From the NCBI GenBank assembly GCA_964016885.1, contig OZ024740.1:247628001-247692000 (forward strand): a stretch of 64,000 nucleotides of DNA, written 5' to 3'. The stretch is from Eledone cirrhosa (lineage: Eukaryota). Shown here piece after piece: positions 11,694-24,411 of this stretch; within the stretch, counting starts at the first letter, position 1; the number at the start of each line of letters is the position of its first letter. A program made the position numbers and the translations under genes. The notes beneath the pieces were generated by a model. The model did no database searches, had not been told where the DNA came from, and saw only the letters and a list, made by a program, of their open reading frames with translations.

Positions 11694-13392
11694 CAACGCG
11701 ATCACTCGCATATTTTGGCGTGGGATGAATACTATCTCCGACAGTAATGTCATAAATACCAGTCGTGTTGGATAACTGGATATTCTTCTAATTATACTCA
11801 CTGAAGACACCTTTTATTCGAATTCGTAGAGATACCCGGCTAAATACTGACTGAATACAACATCAACAATATTCGTGGAGAACCGAAGAAAAACAACACC
11901 TAGAAAGGTAACGAAAATTTCTTTAGTTGTAGCTACAGAAGGAACTGAAATTATAAATCGCATTTTTCTTGGAGTTATGAACTTAATAACAATTTATTTA
12001 ATTGTTATAAAATGGCAAAAAAATTCTCTATGTTGGATATATGAACATAATTAAGCTACACTGGGACGAAAACATCCAGAACTAAATCACAATTACGCTA
12101 AAAGCAACGTTTGAAAAGATATAAACAACAAGTTAATAAAAGAAGAAACCTAATGATGAAACTTGCGAGCTATTGGTGAAATTAGGGATGAATATTTACG
12201 ACTAATTAAAACCCCTACATTTTGGCAAATCAATGTCTGTTTATATGCCCTGGCAACGACAGTGAGACATTGTCTTGGTCATAACAGAGATGTTAACAAA
12301 ACAAAATACCACCAAAGATACCAGTATATATAACTAAAATAGAAAAAAAAGATTACTGACCTATCGAAAACCATAGGATATGTGACAATGCTCTCCACGT
12401 GCAAACAAAAATGAAAAAGAAAAACTACAAAGAGTGAAAAATAAAATAGAAACGATGTTTGGAAACAATACAACCAGAACTCTTCAATATAAACTGATCA
12501 GCTTCAAACAAGAATTGAGAGCTGTTAGCGAGAAACTTCAATACCAGAAGAGGGTGGCTGAAAGAAAAATAATTAATAAAAGATTCAGACGAAACCAAGC
12601 ATCAGTTTAGAGATATGAAGGGTAAAGTAATAAATGAAACTGAGGCACCATCCAAGAAAGACATTCCTTCTGGAAAGAAATATGGAGTTAAGAGAAGAAA
12701 TTTAATTAAAAAAATAGTGTGTCTGAAAGAGATCCAAAAGAGCTACTACCTCTACACAACAACAAAAACATACATCATAAACGAGGATACCATTGAAACT
12801 GTGATAAGAAAACTCCAAGATAAGAAAACACAAGGAAGAGATTTAATTGTCTGCTACTGGTACAAAAAACACAGACATTCTATCGGACGTTTCTTATCAA
12901 TCTCTACCAGCAAGCTCTCAAGCAAGATGCACATATACCAGGATGGTTGACATAAGCACAAACAATATTGGTCCCCAAGAACAAAGACACACACTTGACA
13001 AAAAATACCGACCCATTGCATGCCAGAACCTAATGTATACAGTCTGCCTGAACCTATTTCTCAATAATCACTGTCAGAATAATAACATAATCACAGATGA
13101 GCATCAGCTGGGAAGAAAGGTGTTTGGGGTGTGCTAAATTAACAAAACCGCGATGTTAGAGGTGCAGCAATACATGAGGAATATGGTTACAATCTGGCTG
13201 GACTACAGGAAAGCATTCGATTCTGTTCCCCACTCCGACTTCTGTTCCCCACTCCGACTAAAATCCAAGGCACTATTATCAGAGCCATAGAGAACCTATA
13301 TTATACTTGGGCTACTAAAGTTAAAAACAGAGAAGGAGGACGAGTATAATTCAAGCAGACAGTCTCTCTGTGTTACTATTTATTCTATCATT

Positions 13393-13645
13393 TGTTTTGT
13401 ACTACTGTAAGAAATGAGAGTAACACCGAAGGTATTCACCAGGCGTAATTCCGAACTAGCAACGAGAGACTACAACGAGACCCCGTACACAGTCTGCCTA
13501 ATCGTTCACTTCAGTTCTTATTTATAGGCTTTTCGCCTAGTCCACTTTTAGTTACGCGGGGGTATTCAGGGACTTTCCCCACAACTTAATTAAACCCCTT
13601 ATCTTTTCTGCTCAATAAATGTGAAGGATACATAATTGGCTTACA
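13393..13645 (-). mobile_element. Solo-LTR-like insertion in the decayed Dong copy, related to the Gypsy LTRs at 53.6 and 57.9 kb
   Basis: TG...CA ends. The minus strand 'aactgaagtgaac..gactgtgta..tctcgttgtagt..tagttcggaattac..ctggtgaata' aligns with those LTRs. It interrupts RT between DSLSVLLF and FVDD. No TSD seen. Confidence 0.7.
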
Positions 13646-13737
13646 GGACGACAAGAATACAAACCTAACCCATAACATCTTCGTGGATGACCTGAAACTC
13701 TATGACAAGCACATAAATGGGATGAAGAAAATTCTTG

Positions 13738-14037
13738 ACGTTCTCCGACGTTCTCGAAGGATATAGGAATGGAAGTTGACCAGGATAAATAATGATATAT
13801 GACTGTAAAACGGGGAAGAACAAGACAATCTAGAAACATTTTTATCAATGGCCTGACTGTTTCACCGGTATCTGACGAGAGCTCTCGTTCTACGACGTTC
13901 TCGAAGGATATAGGAATGGAGCTTGACCAGGATAAATAATCATATATGATTGTAAAACGGAGAAGAACAAGCCAATCAAAGCAACATTTTTATCAATGGC
14001 CTGACTGTTTCACCGGTATCTGACGAGGGCTCTCGTA
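13738..14037 (+). repeat. About 150-bp tandem duplication inside the decayed Dong RT
   Basis: 'cgacgttctcgaaggatataggaatgga...gtatctgacgag.gctctcgt' occurs twice. Confidence 0.9.
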
Positions 14038-15416
14038 ACAAGAGAATATTACACCCGATTAAGAAAAATATTGACATCTGAAATCTTTATGCACAATAAA
14101 ACAGTGGTTCACAATGTGTTTGCTGTGCCTGTCCCAACACCAACATTCGGAATATTCATTTGGACGATAGATGAAATCCGCACTAACAATGTTTAAAACC
14201 GAAAAGAAAACTAAAATCACCGGAAATGTCCACATCAACAGTGATATAGACCGCCTCTACCTGAAACGTAAACAGGGAGGCAGAGGCCTAACATTGGTCC
14301 AGAGAGCATTTGAATGTCGCGTCATATCCATCCAACAACATCTACGAATCACCAAGCGTAGAATCCCATCTATTGAGCATGTCTTTCTACACGAGACAGA
14401 TAATATGCTGAGAGTTGGGAAGGAACTCCATGAGAAATACTTCCTGCATGATAATTAAAACCTCACACCCAGTGAAATTGCTCAGATGAAAAACTACATG
14501 CTTATCATCAAAAACTCATGTGCGGATATGTTTCCAGCAAGCTCCAGAGTGAGAGTAATATAGATAAACAAAGTTGTCTATCTTGGACATACAACCGCTA
14601 TATTGGCTCTCATTTTGAAGGATACGCTTTTGCAATCCAAGAACAAGAAATCTATACAAAGTACCTGATTTACAAAACACCATGATGTGACAATAAATGC
14701 AAACTCTGCGGAATTAACACCGAAGATATCACCTGTGACATAAGCAGCTCTCCAAAGATGTCATCACGGTACTATCTACCTATGAGGCATGATGTAGTGG
14801 CCAAAACACTATACAATACAATCCGCAGAAAAGATAGCCCCGACAATAAACATATTAATATTTATAGGATTACGGAGGACATACATACACATGTTCCAGT
14901 CGAAACCCCAATGCAAGCATAACAGACCAGATATGATGGTATGGGACAGGGAAAAGAAGGTATGCACAGTAGTAGGAGTCAGCTTCCAAGCAGATGCCAA
15001 TATATTATTAAAGATTAGCGAAAAGGAGAACATCTCTGCAGAACTAATAAGGAATCTGCAGATACTACACTCTGACTATACCTTTAGATTTATACCTGTG
15101 ATCTGGGATAGTACAAATCTTGAGAAGTTGAGCTTCACAGAAACAGAAAGAACACGAATAGTTAGGAAATTACTAGTACAATCCATTAATGGATATGTAA
15201 AACATTCCAAAATAACTCCGTGTAATAACTGTATATAGACATGTACAGATACAAAACATGAACGTTTACCTATTTAACTCTCTCTCTCTCTCTCTATCTT
15301 CCTCTCTCTATTGGTAAACATTTATTTAAAAAATGAACCCAGATGAACATACATACGTACATACATACGTACATTCGTACTTACATACGTGTATACATAT
15401 ACACGTACATACATTG

Positions 15417-15482
<66 letters not shown>

Positions 15483-15899
15483 GTGGGGGCGAGAATGTGT
15501 AAGAGAGAGAGAAAGTGAGAGAGAGGGAGGGAGAGTGTGTTTGTGTGTTGTTGTTGTTTGGGAAACTACTACAATACAGGCGGAGTTGTAACTGTTGAGT
15601 TAACAAGAGTTCGTGGTGACGTGTTTTCTTTTATTGTGAAGTACTGGGATTGAATTATGCTGCCGATATAACACTAATTGCATCTATCGCACTCTATTCT
15701 GTAAAGCACGTACGCACATAGGTAATAGCCTGTTTTGTTTATGGGACAGTTTCTCAGAAGCAAATGTCTTCGTTGTTGGATTGCGAGAAAACGGATATCA
15801 TCGTGATATGTCCTGAAGAAAACGGATATCATCCAGATATCTCGTGAAGAAGGAACAGAGATGGCAGGTTCTGAGAACGCTACATTTGAGTTGGTCCAT

Positions 15900-16930
15900 G
15901 TATGAGATATCTACACTATTTCGGTCTTATCTCGACTGACATTCACCAGCCCCTATTCGTTGTCATCGGCAACACTTTTTTTGACTTCCTCGGCCCTATC
16001 TAACCACAGAATTCAGACTAGTCAAGGTATTTGGTCTGTTGGGTACACTGGTCATCTCATATATAGACCAACTCGAATGCAGAAGCTCAACATCTGCCAT
16101 TCATGTGCCTTCTTCACGATATATGTGAATGATATCAACCTCCCGTGAGATGACCGACAGGATTCGACAACACAGACGAACATGTAATTCAGTATAGAAC
16201 CACCTTCTGATAACGGATCCTTCACCCTTCTTAATTTCCGACTGAAACCACGAAGGCAGTGAAGTTAACAATGAATTCTACTGTAAAACAACCTGCTGGA
16301 ATCTATTCGTCCACTACAAAGAGAATACATCTAAAACAAAGTCTCCCTCAAATAAGACAGATACAGTGACACGGCGAGTAAAGTTATCCACACACTGGCA
16401 GTTCCGCAAGTTGTTGGACATCAACGGTTATCCAACATTTTTCACCAACAAACTGCAATACCCCAAGCCCAGAAAACGGAGCAGTTCGGCTAAAAGTTGC
16501 TTCCTTACAATTCTACACCTTGGTGAAAATTCACCAATGCTATCAGGAAGGTCTCGATATCAAACTGACCCTCCCTATGAAATGCTTGTCCAGAAGACAA
16601 TCCTACAATGGAGATAACACGTACTTACTGGATAACTATCCGATCCGCAACACAAGCTATTGACTGCATGCGTACATGGTTTAGAGAATAGAGTGCGATA
16701 AATGCAACACCGGCAGCACAATTCGACCACTGTACATCAGAATAAAAGAACACGTCATCACGGACTCCGCATTGTTCTGGAAACACACCTTTAAATGCAA
16801 GAGCAAGAACCAGAGCTTAATGACCACCATAGTTTCTACAAACGTAACATATACAACCTGCAGATTAAGGAAATAAAATAATAGAAACTGTCCATTAAGA
16901 CTAGCCAGGAACGGAAGGAGGCTTAATGGC
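15900..16930 (+). pseudogene. Heavily decayed Penelope-like element (RT/GIY-YIG remnants)
   Basis: Remnants YVNDI, FYCK, LLDINGYP and LYIRIKEH occur in PLE order. Confidence 0.55.
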
Positions 16931-17528
16931 TAATTTGATCCATCCTCTCAAATCAAAAAAAGTAAATCTAATAAAGAAACCAAACAAACAAACAATAAAC
17001 TCAGGACACCTCTGCCCCGACAGAACAAGCAAACCAAATAAACAATCAAACATACAACACACCACGATTTCAACCTCTAAAAAACAGTCAGGTGAATGTC
17101 ACCTCTATTAATTGACAACTGGCTCTCAACCTCAATCTGTCTGCTAGCCTTCATCAGAAAGGTCAAACAACCGACTACGACACTTCCACTCCAACAAGGA
17201 CAGCTATTACTACCTACCTGCTAACCCCTCTAATTAGCGTAACCAAAAGAGACCTTACTTAATCCTACACGCGTATTAAGCGCGGACACAATGGAGGTGA
17301 CGTTACACAGAGGATAGAGACAGAGACGCGCTGGAACAGGCATTCCAGCTCACGGGTCACCAACTCAGCCCTTATAACACTGAATAGGGATGTAGTCCAG
17401 GGGTCAAGAACGCCGGACATCTACACAGTCACAGGCTCGACCGATACTTCGAAGTACTTCAGATTAAAATTTAGATAGATATATAGATAAAAATATATAG
17501 ATAGATAGATAAAAATATAACAAGTCGT

Positions 17529-17692
17529 CTTCTTCTTCTTCTTCTTCTTCTTCTTCTTCTTCTTCTTCTTCTTCTACTTCTTTTTCTTTTTCTTCTTCTT
17601 CTTATTATTTTTCTTTCTTCTTCTTCTTCTTCTTCTTCTTCTTCTTCTTCTTCTTCTTCTTCTTCTTCTTCTTCTTCTTCTTCTTCTTCTTC
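17529..17692. repeat. (CTT)n, probably the (AAG)n tail of the adjacent minus-strand RTE
   Basis: It directly abuts the RTE 3' end. Confidence 0.9.
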
Positions 17693-19630
17693 TACGCCCA
17701 CTTATTCTGTCCTGTCAGAAGCAACCGTCTACAACTGATCCGGCTGGATCCCGAAGCGACACCAGCCAAGCTCATGGATGTTATCCAACCATCTTCATCT
17801 AGGTCTACAAATCGAGGTCTACAAATCGAGGTCTACAAATCGAGGTCTACACATCGAGGTCTACACATCGAGGTCTACACATCGAGGTCTACACATCGAG
17901 GTCTACACATTGGTCTTCTGCCCAAATGCCCATAGTATCGGTGGTGTGATCTCTCAATTCAGGAAAGTAGCCGCTCTACCTGGAATGACTATGATCTCCG
18001 AGCTACTCACTCGCTCGAAGGAACTCCATTTCGGCCGCTTGTATTCGCGATCGTATTCTTTTGGTCATTATCCAAGATTTATGACCTTAGGTAAGGGTTG
18101 GCACGAATTGATTTTGTTATTATCTCTGATCTATTTGATTATGTGCTGGATGTTCTGTTCGTGTTAAGAGAGCGACTGAGCTGTCAACTGATCACCATCT
18201 GGTTATCTGAAAGTTGATACTACCTAAAGCCAAAGAAGCCCACAAAACTGGCAGGTCCACAGTTACCTACTGGATAAAGTGGGAAGCGATGGTGGATAAG
18301 GAAGCCATGGGCCAGGTATGCAGATACTATTGCACCCAAATTCAGAGAACTCCCTGAGCAACTGAGCACCTTGAGACAGAGTAGAGATTGTTCAGCGCAG
18401 CAGTTTCTGCATCAGCTATTAAATGCTGCGAACGAAAGAGGCTTGGTGTGGCGCCGGATGGCAGGAGGACTCCTTGGTTCCACTAAAAGGTCAAAGATAC
18501 CATCCGAGCAAAGAAGGAGGCTTACAAAGCTTGGCTTGGAAATAAGTCCTCCTTCTTCCATTTGTGCTATAAGCAGGCACGAAAAATCGCAGCAGAGACA
18601 GTAAAAGCGTCCTAAAATAAGATTTAGGAGGACTTTGAGGTTAAGCTGGAATCCGACTTCAGATCTGCAAATAAAGTGTTCTGGCAGACCATCCGCCGAC
18701 TTCGTAATAAGAAGTCTTCTGCTATCAAGAACGCGTCTGGGGTTCTCCTCTCTTTAGAGAGGTGCAGCCTCGCGAGTTGGAGAGAATACTCTGCTGATCT
18801 CCTAAACCCGATCATAACAGCATCTTCTGTTGTACATGAGGTGCATCTGGGAGCAGTGACTAATCTCTCAGCGGCTGAGGTCACAAGAGTAGTTAAAGAG
18901 CTCAAATGTGGCAAAGCCGCTGGGGAAGATGAAATCCGGCCCGAGATGTTAAAAGCCTTAAATAGAGAAGGAATTCTCTGGCTGAATCATTTGTGCCGGG
19001 TGGACTTGATCTCAAGAAAAACACCAAAGCAATGACAATCGGGAGTGATAATCCCAATTTTCATAAAGGAAGACTCCTCGGTAAAGTTTATGCTAAGTGT
19101 CTGACAAAGAGATACAGGGATATTGCCGAGTCCAAGCTAGCTGGTAAACAGTGCGGTTTTCGCGCCGAACGCAGCACAGCCGATCAAATATTCACACTGC
19201 GGCAGGTCTTTGAGAAATTGTGGGAGTATTCCCAAGAGATATATTCTTGTCTTTTCGACATGCTGTGGAAGGCCGTGAAGGAGTATGGAATCGATGGTCT
19301 ACTTCTTGCTGCCCTGATGTCTCAATATGTATACCCGAGTATTTGTGTTCGGATAAATGGTGCTAAATCGAAACCATTCAATGTGGGAGTCGGATTCCGT
19401 CAAGGTTGCGTACTACAAAATCACTCGGCCGGAATTTGCAGACGACAAGGTGTTACTTGATCTCCAACTTGCACTTGCTAGGTTTGATGCCGAGTGCTGC
19501 ATGGCTGGAATAAAAATCAGTGCCGCGAAAACTGAGACACTCGTCCTCTCAAGGAAGCCTGCGAAGGTAGAGTAGTTCTAGTATCTCGGGGGCCCTGTTC
19601 ACGAGTGGTAGAAGGCATGAGGCTGAATAT
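17693..19630. mobile_element. Decayed RTE element with inverted 5' part (3' part minus 17693-18110; 5' part plus 18140-19630)
   Basis: Minus: PTLT.GH.SWIMTKRIRSRIQAAEMEFLR and RWLDNIHELGW. Plus: LSTDHHLV, GKAAGEDEIRPEMLK, QCGFR..RSTADQIF, GFRQGC, FADD, YLG. Confidence 0.8.
17803..17909 (+). repeat. 14-bp minisatellite (GGTCTACA[A/C]ATCGA) x about 7
   Basis: Direct tandem repeat inside the RTE 3' region. Confidence 0.95.
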
Positions 19631-19789
19631 AATGGTGGTTGCTGTCGTCGCTGATAATGCAGTAGCTAATGCAAGTAAACCGGCCTGATATACATATTCA
19701 CCCAGTCTGTGAACATTCTCATCACAAAATGATTAAACCTAGCTCAACAGGAATCCCACACTGGTCATAACACTTGTACACGGGATACT

Positions 19790-19915
19790 GGTGATATATG
19801 CAAAAAGGTAAATAGAAATAACAAAGCAAACGACGCAATACAATGAAGAAATATTGATATAGTAGGAAAAGAGTCTTTACGCTTCGGGAACTAGTCCTTT
19901 ATCAGAAGATAGAAT
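19790..19915 (-). ncRNA. Decayed copy of the hammerhead-bearing repeat found at 44.9 kb
   Basis: Minus strand: CTGATAAAGGACTAGTTCCCGAAGCGTAAAGAC followed by the same downstream tail. The core is mutated. Confidence 0.55.
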
Positions 19916-20239
19916 GAGAAATAAAAGAAATAAAAGATGAAGTAAAAAGATACAGAATGACAAGGAAGAATCGGAGAAACTTGTTGAGAAAAAATGCGTG
20001 TGTAATCAGTCAGCCTATCAGTAAGATGCCGGGTGCCCCAAAGATGGAAATATTGTGATGAACAGATGGATACTGGAATCAGATCTGATACATAGATAAG
20101 GACCCCACGTCAATAATCCGTGAAACATGTAGTGATATATATGCGATAAAAATATTTTAAAATGAAACTTCGTTAACTCATAAACACTCTACAAACATAC
20201 AACACACACACACACACGCACTCACACACACACACATAA

Positions 20240-20270
<31 letters not shown>

Positions 20271-20328
20271 CATATATATGTGTGTGCGTGTGTGTCTCTG
20301 TGTGTGTGTATATGTATGAATGTACACA

Positions 20329-20421
<93 letters not shown>

Positions 20422-20754
20422 TAAAATCTCTAAAATCTCTAATATCACGTAAAGGAAGACATACTCACCAGCAGAAAAATTGATAGGGAGTTTCTATCCA
20501 CAAGCTTTGGATGGTTAACTGATAATTCGATCCCGTCAAAATCGTATTCCTTTAAAAATAATATCGCCTGTTTGAAAAATCTGAAAAATACATAAAACCT
20601 ATTTGTTATAATTATTGGACATTCGTGATTGTTTCTAACATAGAGATAAGGCCAGAAATTTGGACAGGGAGGAGTTAGTTGATTATATAAACCCCATTAC
20701 TAGACTGATACTTTATTCTATCGACCTCAAAATATGAAAGGCGTCAAAATTTAA

Positions 20755-21055
20755 GACATGGGAGGACTTTAGTGGTAAGCTGAAGTCCGTCATCAGGTCA
20801 ACAAATAAAATGTTCTGGCAGACTATCCACCCACTTCATAATAATTTCTCCTCCACACCTGTTATCAGGAACGCGTCTGGGTCCCTCCTCTTTTCAGAGA
20901 GGTGCATCCTCGGCAGGTGGAGAGAATACTTTGATCTAAACCCGATCACAACAGCATCTTCGGATGTACACGAGGTGCATCTGGGAGCGGTGACTAATCT
21001 CTCAGAGGCTGAGGTCACAAGAGCAGTTAGAGAGCTCAAATGTGGCAAGGCCAGC
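20755..21055 (+). pseudogene. RTE fragment paralogous to 18625-18915
   Basis: FWQTI...WREYF...EVHLGAVTNLS.AEVTR.V.ELKCGKA. Confidence 0.8.
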
Positions 21056-22175
21056 AATCTTGAGGGGAAATGAAAGTCGATTACATCGATTCCAGTTATT
21101 GACTGGTACTTAATTTTATCGACCTCGTAAGGATGAAAGGCTAAGTTGACCTCGGCGGGATTTGAACTCAGAACGTAAAGAACTGGAACTAATACTATTA
21201 AGGATTTGTATGACCATCTTGCGACTCTGCCAATCCATGGTCCTACAGTTGAGCCCAGAAATTTCGAGCGATGAAAACAACCGATTATATCAATCTCAGT
21301 ACCCCACTCATATACTATTTCATTGAACTCCGAAAGATGAAAAGCGTAGTTGATTTCTACGTGATTTGAACATATAAAGAGTTAAAACAAGGCCGATGCT
21401 CTAAGAATTCCGCCAATCCACCGCCGTAAGTTAATATTTTTAATGTCGGACTATGTCTTTTTTAGGTTCTGAGTTCAAATTCCGCCGAGATTAAATTTGT
21501 CTTTCATCATTCCGGGGAGTCTATTAAGTGAAATGAACATCCGTCAGTTTCGACGATGAGTGTTCCGGTTGCTCCATCTACAGAACACTCTGCTCATGAA
21601 ATGAATATGTAAGTGGATGATAAGTCAACTGACACTTGCATTCTTAATTACAGGTACAGTCCATCAGGTGGGCTTACACACAGTTTCCAAATATAGACCA
21701 GAGCCTATGGTAAATGACAATTGCCCAAGATGTCATGCAGTGGGATCGAACTCGGAGCCTAATGTTTGTGAAACAAACTTCTAAACCATTCGACCATACT
21801 GCGTCCATAAGTTGATTAAATGAAGTATCAGTCAAGTACTAAGATCGGTATAGTGGACTAACTCCCCTACTCAAATTTGCGGCCAAGCATTTATATAAGA
21901 AATCAGTACTTCAGTATTTTGTCTGGTGATCTATCGATTTCACAATTTACCTTATGCTTAAATTAGAAATAATCATTATTAAGGAGGTAGACTGGCAGAA
22001 TCATTAGAGCATCGGACAAATGCTAAGCAGTACTGTTCTAGTTCTGTTCGTTCTAAGTTCAAATCACGCCGAAGTCAACTTTGCTTTTCATCCTTCTTAC
22101 TCAAGTACTGGGGTTGATATAATATGCATTACATTCCCCATAAATTATTGGCTTTGGACCTAAATTAGAAATCCT
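21055..22175. mobile_element. Dense cluster of SINE copies in both orientations
   Basis: Repeated 'ttttatcgacc..aggatgaaagg..aagttgacctcggcgggatttgaactcagaac' and its reverse complement. Confidence 0.75.
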
Positions 22176-22679
22176 TAATGTGACTACAACTAGTATTATT
22201 ATGATTATCGTAATCATTATTACTTTATTAGACACAAAGACGCATTACCCGTAAAATCTGGCCAGCGATTCTTTCCTAAGTCATTCTAACTACATGTCCG
22301 TAGTACCAGTTGAGATCTCGTGATGTGGAAAAGTAGCCTCTATATGATCTTCGAGCTACACACCTTATCGAGTAGCGTTACTCGAAGTTGTTTTAATAAA
22401 TAGATAGATGAATAAATAAATAATATAAATACGGCACTAATGATTTTACCATCCAACATCTTCAACTGAGAAACAATTAATTGTTTGTTTTTTTTCTAAA
22501 ATAAATTAAATGGGGATATTTCTTTAAAACTGTGTTAGAATTTGTTATTTCTATTCCCCGTTTAATGATTCGGAATTGATTTGCTTGCAGACTTGGAATC
22601 ATTTCAAAATTTATGTAAGAATCTATTAAATATGCAATTTGATGTATTTAGTAAATGAATTTAAATAACAGAGCATGGA

Positions 22680-23250
22680 AACACTCCTACACAGACACAT
22701 AGATACATGTTGATTGCTGCTTCTTGTCAGAAGAGAGCCAACCCTTCATTGAACATTGCATGATCATGTACACGCAGGTAACTTTTCTGATCAACTTTTG
22801 TTTTGCAGACATGTTCACAGATGTGACACTTGAACTGTCTATCCCCTGGAACTGTCGGCTGGGATGTTTCTTCATGCATTCTACCATATCTAATCAGTAC
22901 ACTAGCTGACTTGCAAATTAAGCCACATTCATTGCAAATGTACCTGGCTCGTGAGATGTCAGATGGTTATCAAATCCACCTCTTGATAGAACAAAGCGTT
23001 CACACACATTGTACCTCAATGCCGGCTGGATTTTTGCAGGCACTGAACTTGGGTCCCGCTTGCCGCATGCTTCACTCGCTTTTTCTCAAACACATTATAT
23101 GATGATCATTCTCCATGGTGTACAGCCTTCAGCCAATACCTCCCAGTTCTCAATATCAATCTTCAGAGTTTTATGATTGTCTTTTATGGGACCCATAAAC
23201 CTCTTCTTTGGATTATGCCGCTACCTTTTTCTTCTGATCAGCTCTCCATA
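22680..23250 (-). pseudogene. RTE (BovB-like) 3' fragment with zinc fingers
   Basis: YGEL..KR..NPKKRF...IDIENWEVLAE..PWR, followed by degenerate C2H2 fingers (CNECGLICKS, FKCHICEHVCKT). Confidence 0.7.
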
Positions 23251-24356
23251 AAAATACATACATACATACACGCACGCGCAGAGACAGTCACACGTAAATA
23301 TACACAGTCACACACACATACAGACGCACATACGCTCAGACACACTTCCACAGTCATACATAAAGACAGGCACAAACACACACACACATGCGCACGTGCG
23401 CACACAAACATACACACATAAACGCCTTCACATACATGAAAACCTTCATACGCGCACACGCATGCACTCAGGCATGTCTCATCCCCATAGTCACAAAAAC
23501 ACGCTGACACATTCTCGGAGAACACACACAGATACATACTCCACGTACACGCAAGGACGCACACATACAAACATACTTACGCACACAGAAACACTCCCGC
23601 ATACAAATACATACAGCCAGGAACAAGTACACAAACACAGATACACTCATGCAAACACATCTACAGATACAGGCATCCTTCTTCCCACACACAAATACAT
23701 AGGGACATATTAAGTGACATATGTAATCCCTCAAAGATGCACACTCAACTCCTCTACACACCCTCACACACACACAAGAAAAAAGAAACTTATTTAAACT
23801 CCATATTTAATTTACTCTCTTCCTTCCCGAAACTCTTAGGAGACTCAGAGGGGCGCCGTATTGACATACTACGTTTCCAAGACATTTTCTTTTAAATCTA
23901 ACGGAGTCCATTTCCTCTCCAGGTCTGAATACAGCAGATTTCTTCCAGAGAAGAATACAGAATGGAAGTGAGAAAGAGAAATTTTTATCGACCACTAATG
24001 GAGGAAAGGTAAAGTTGACATGGACAGGATTTGAACTCAGAGAGCCGGAACGAATAACGCAACGCGTTGTATCCGATATTCTAACGACTCCACCAATTCG
24101 CCACCTGTAGATAGACATCACAGCATTAATCACAAATTAAATAACAGCAGCGATTACTTCGCCGTAGCCGAGAGAGCTGTAATGGTTTAACCAATCGTTC
24201 GTTGTAAAATTGATATTTCTTATCAAATTTAGTATTTTGATAAACGCATCATTGAAAATGTAATTTATGAGGAAGATGGTGTCTAAAAAATATTGAATAA
24301 TGTTTTATGATTAGAAAACCGTAAGCGATTTCTATATACCTCACAAATGTTAACCA

Positions 24357-24409
<53 letters not shown>

Positions 24410-24411
<2 letters not shown>

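Larger units (their letters stand above)
11694..15240 (+). pseudogene. Older decayed R4/Dong-type element, head-to-tail with the intact copy
   Basis: Frameshifted homologues in colinear order: WSYELN, YRPIACQNLMY, WLDYRKAFDSVPH, FVDDLKL, DIDRLYLKRKQGGRGL, MRHD, HNRPDMMVWD. Confidence 0.88.

Noticed and set aside
17803-17909. Regular short repeats as a CRISPR-like array
   Set aside because: There are no spacers; it is a plain 14-bp tandem repeat in eukaryotic DNA.
21055-22175. tRNA genes suggested by A/B-box motifs
   Set aside because: No complete cloverleaf; these are tRNA-derived SINE heads.
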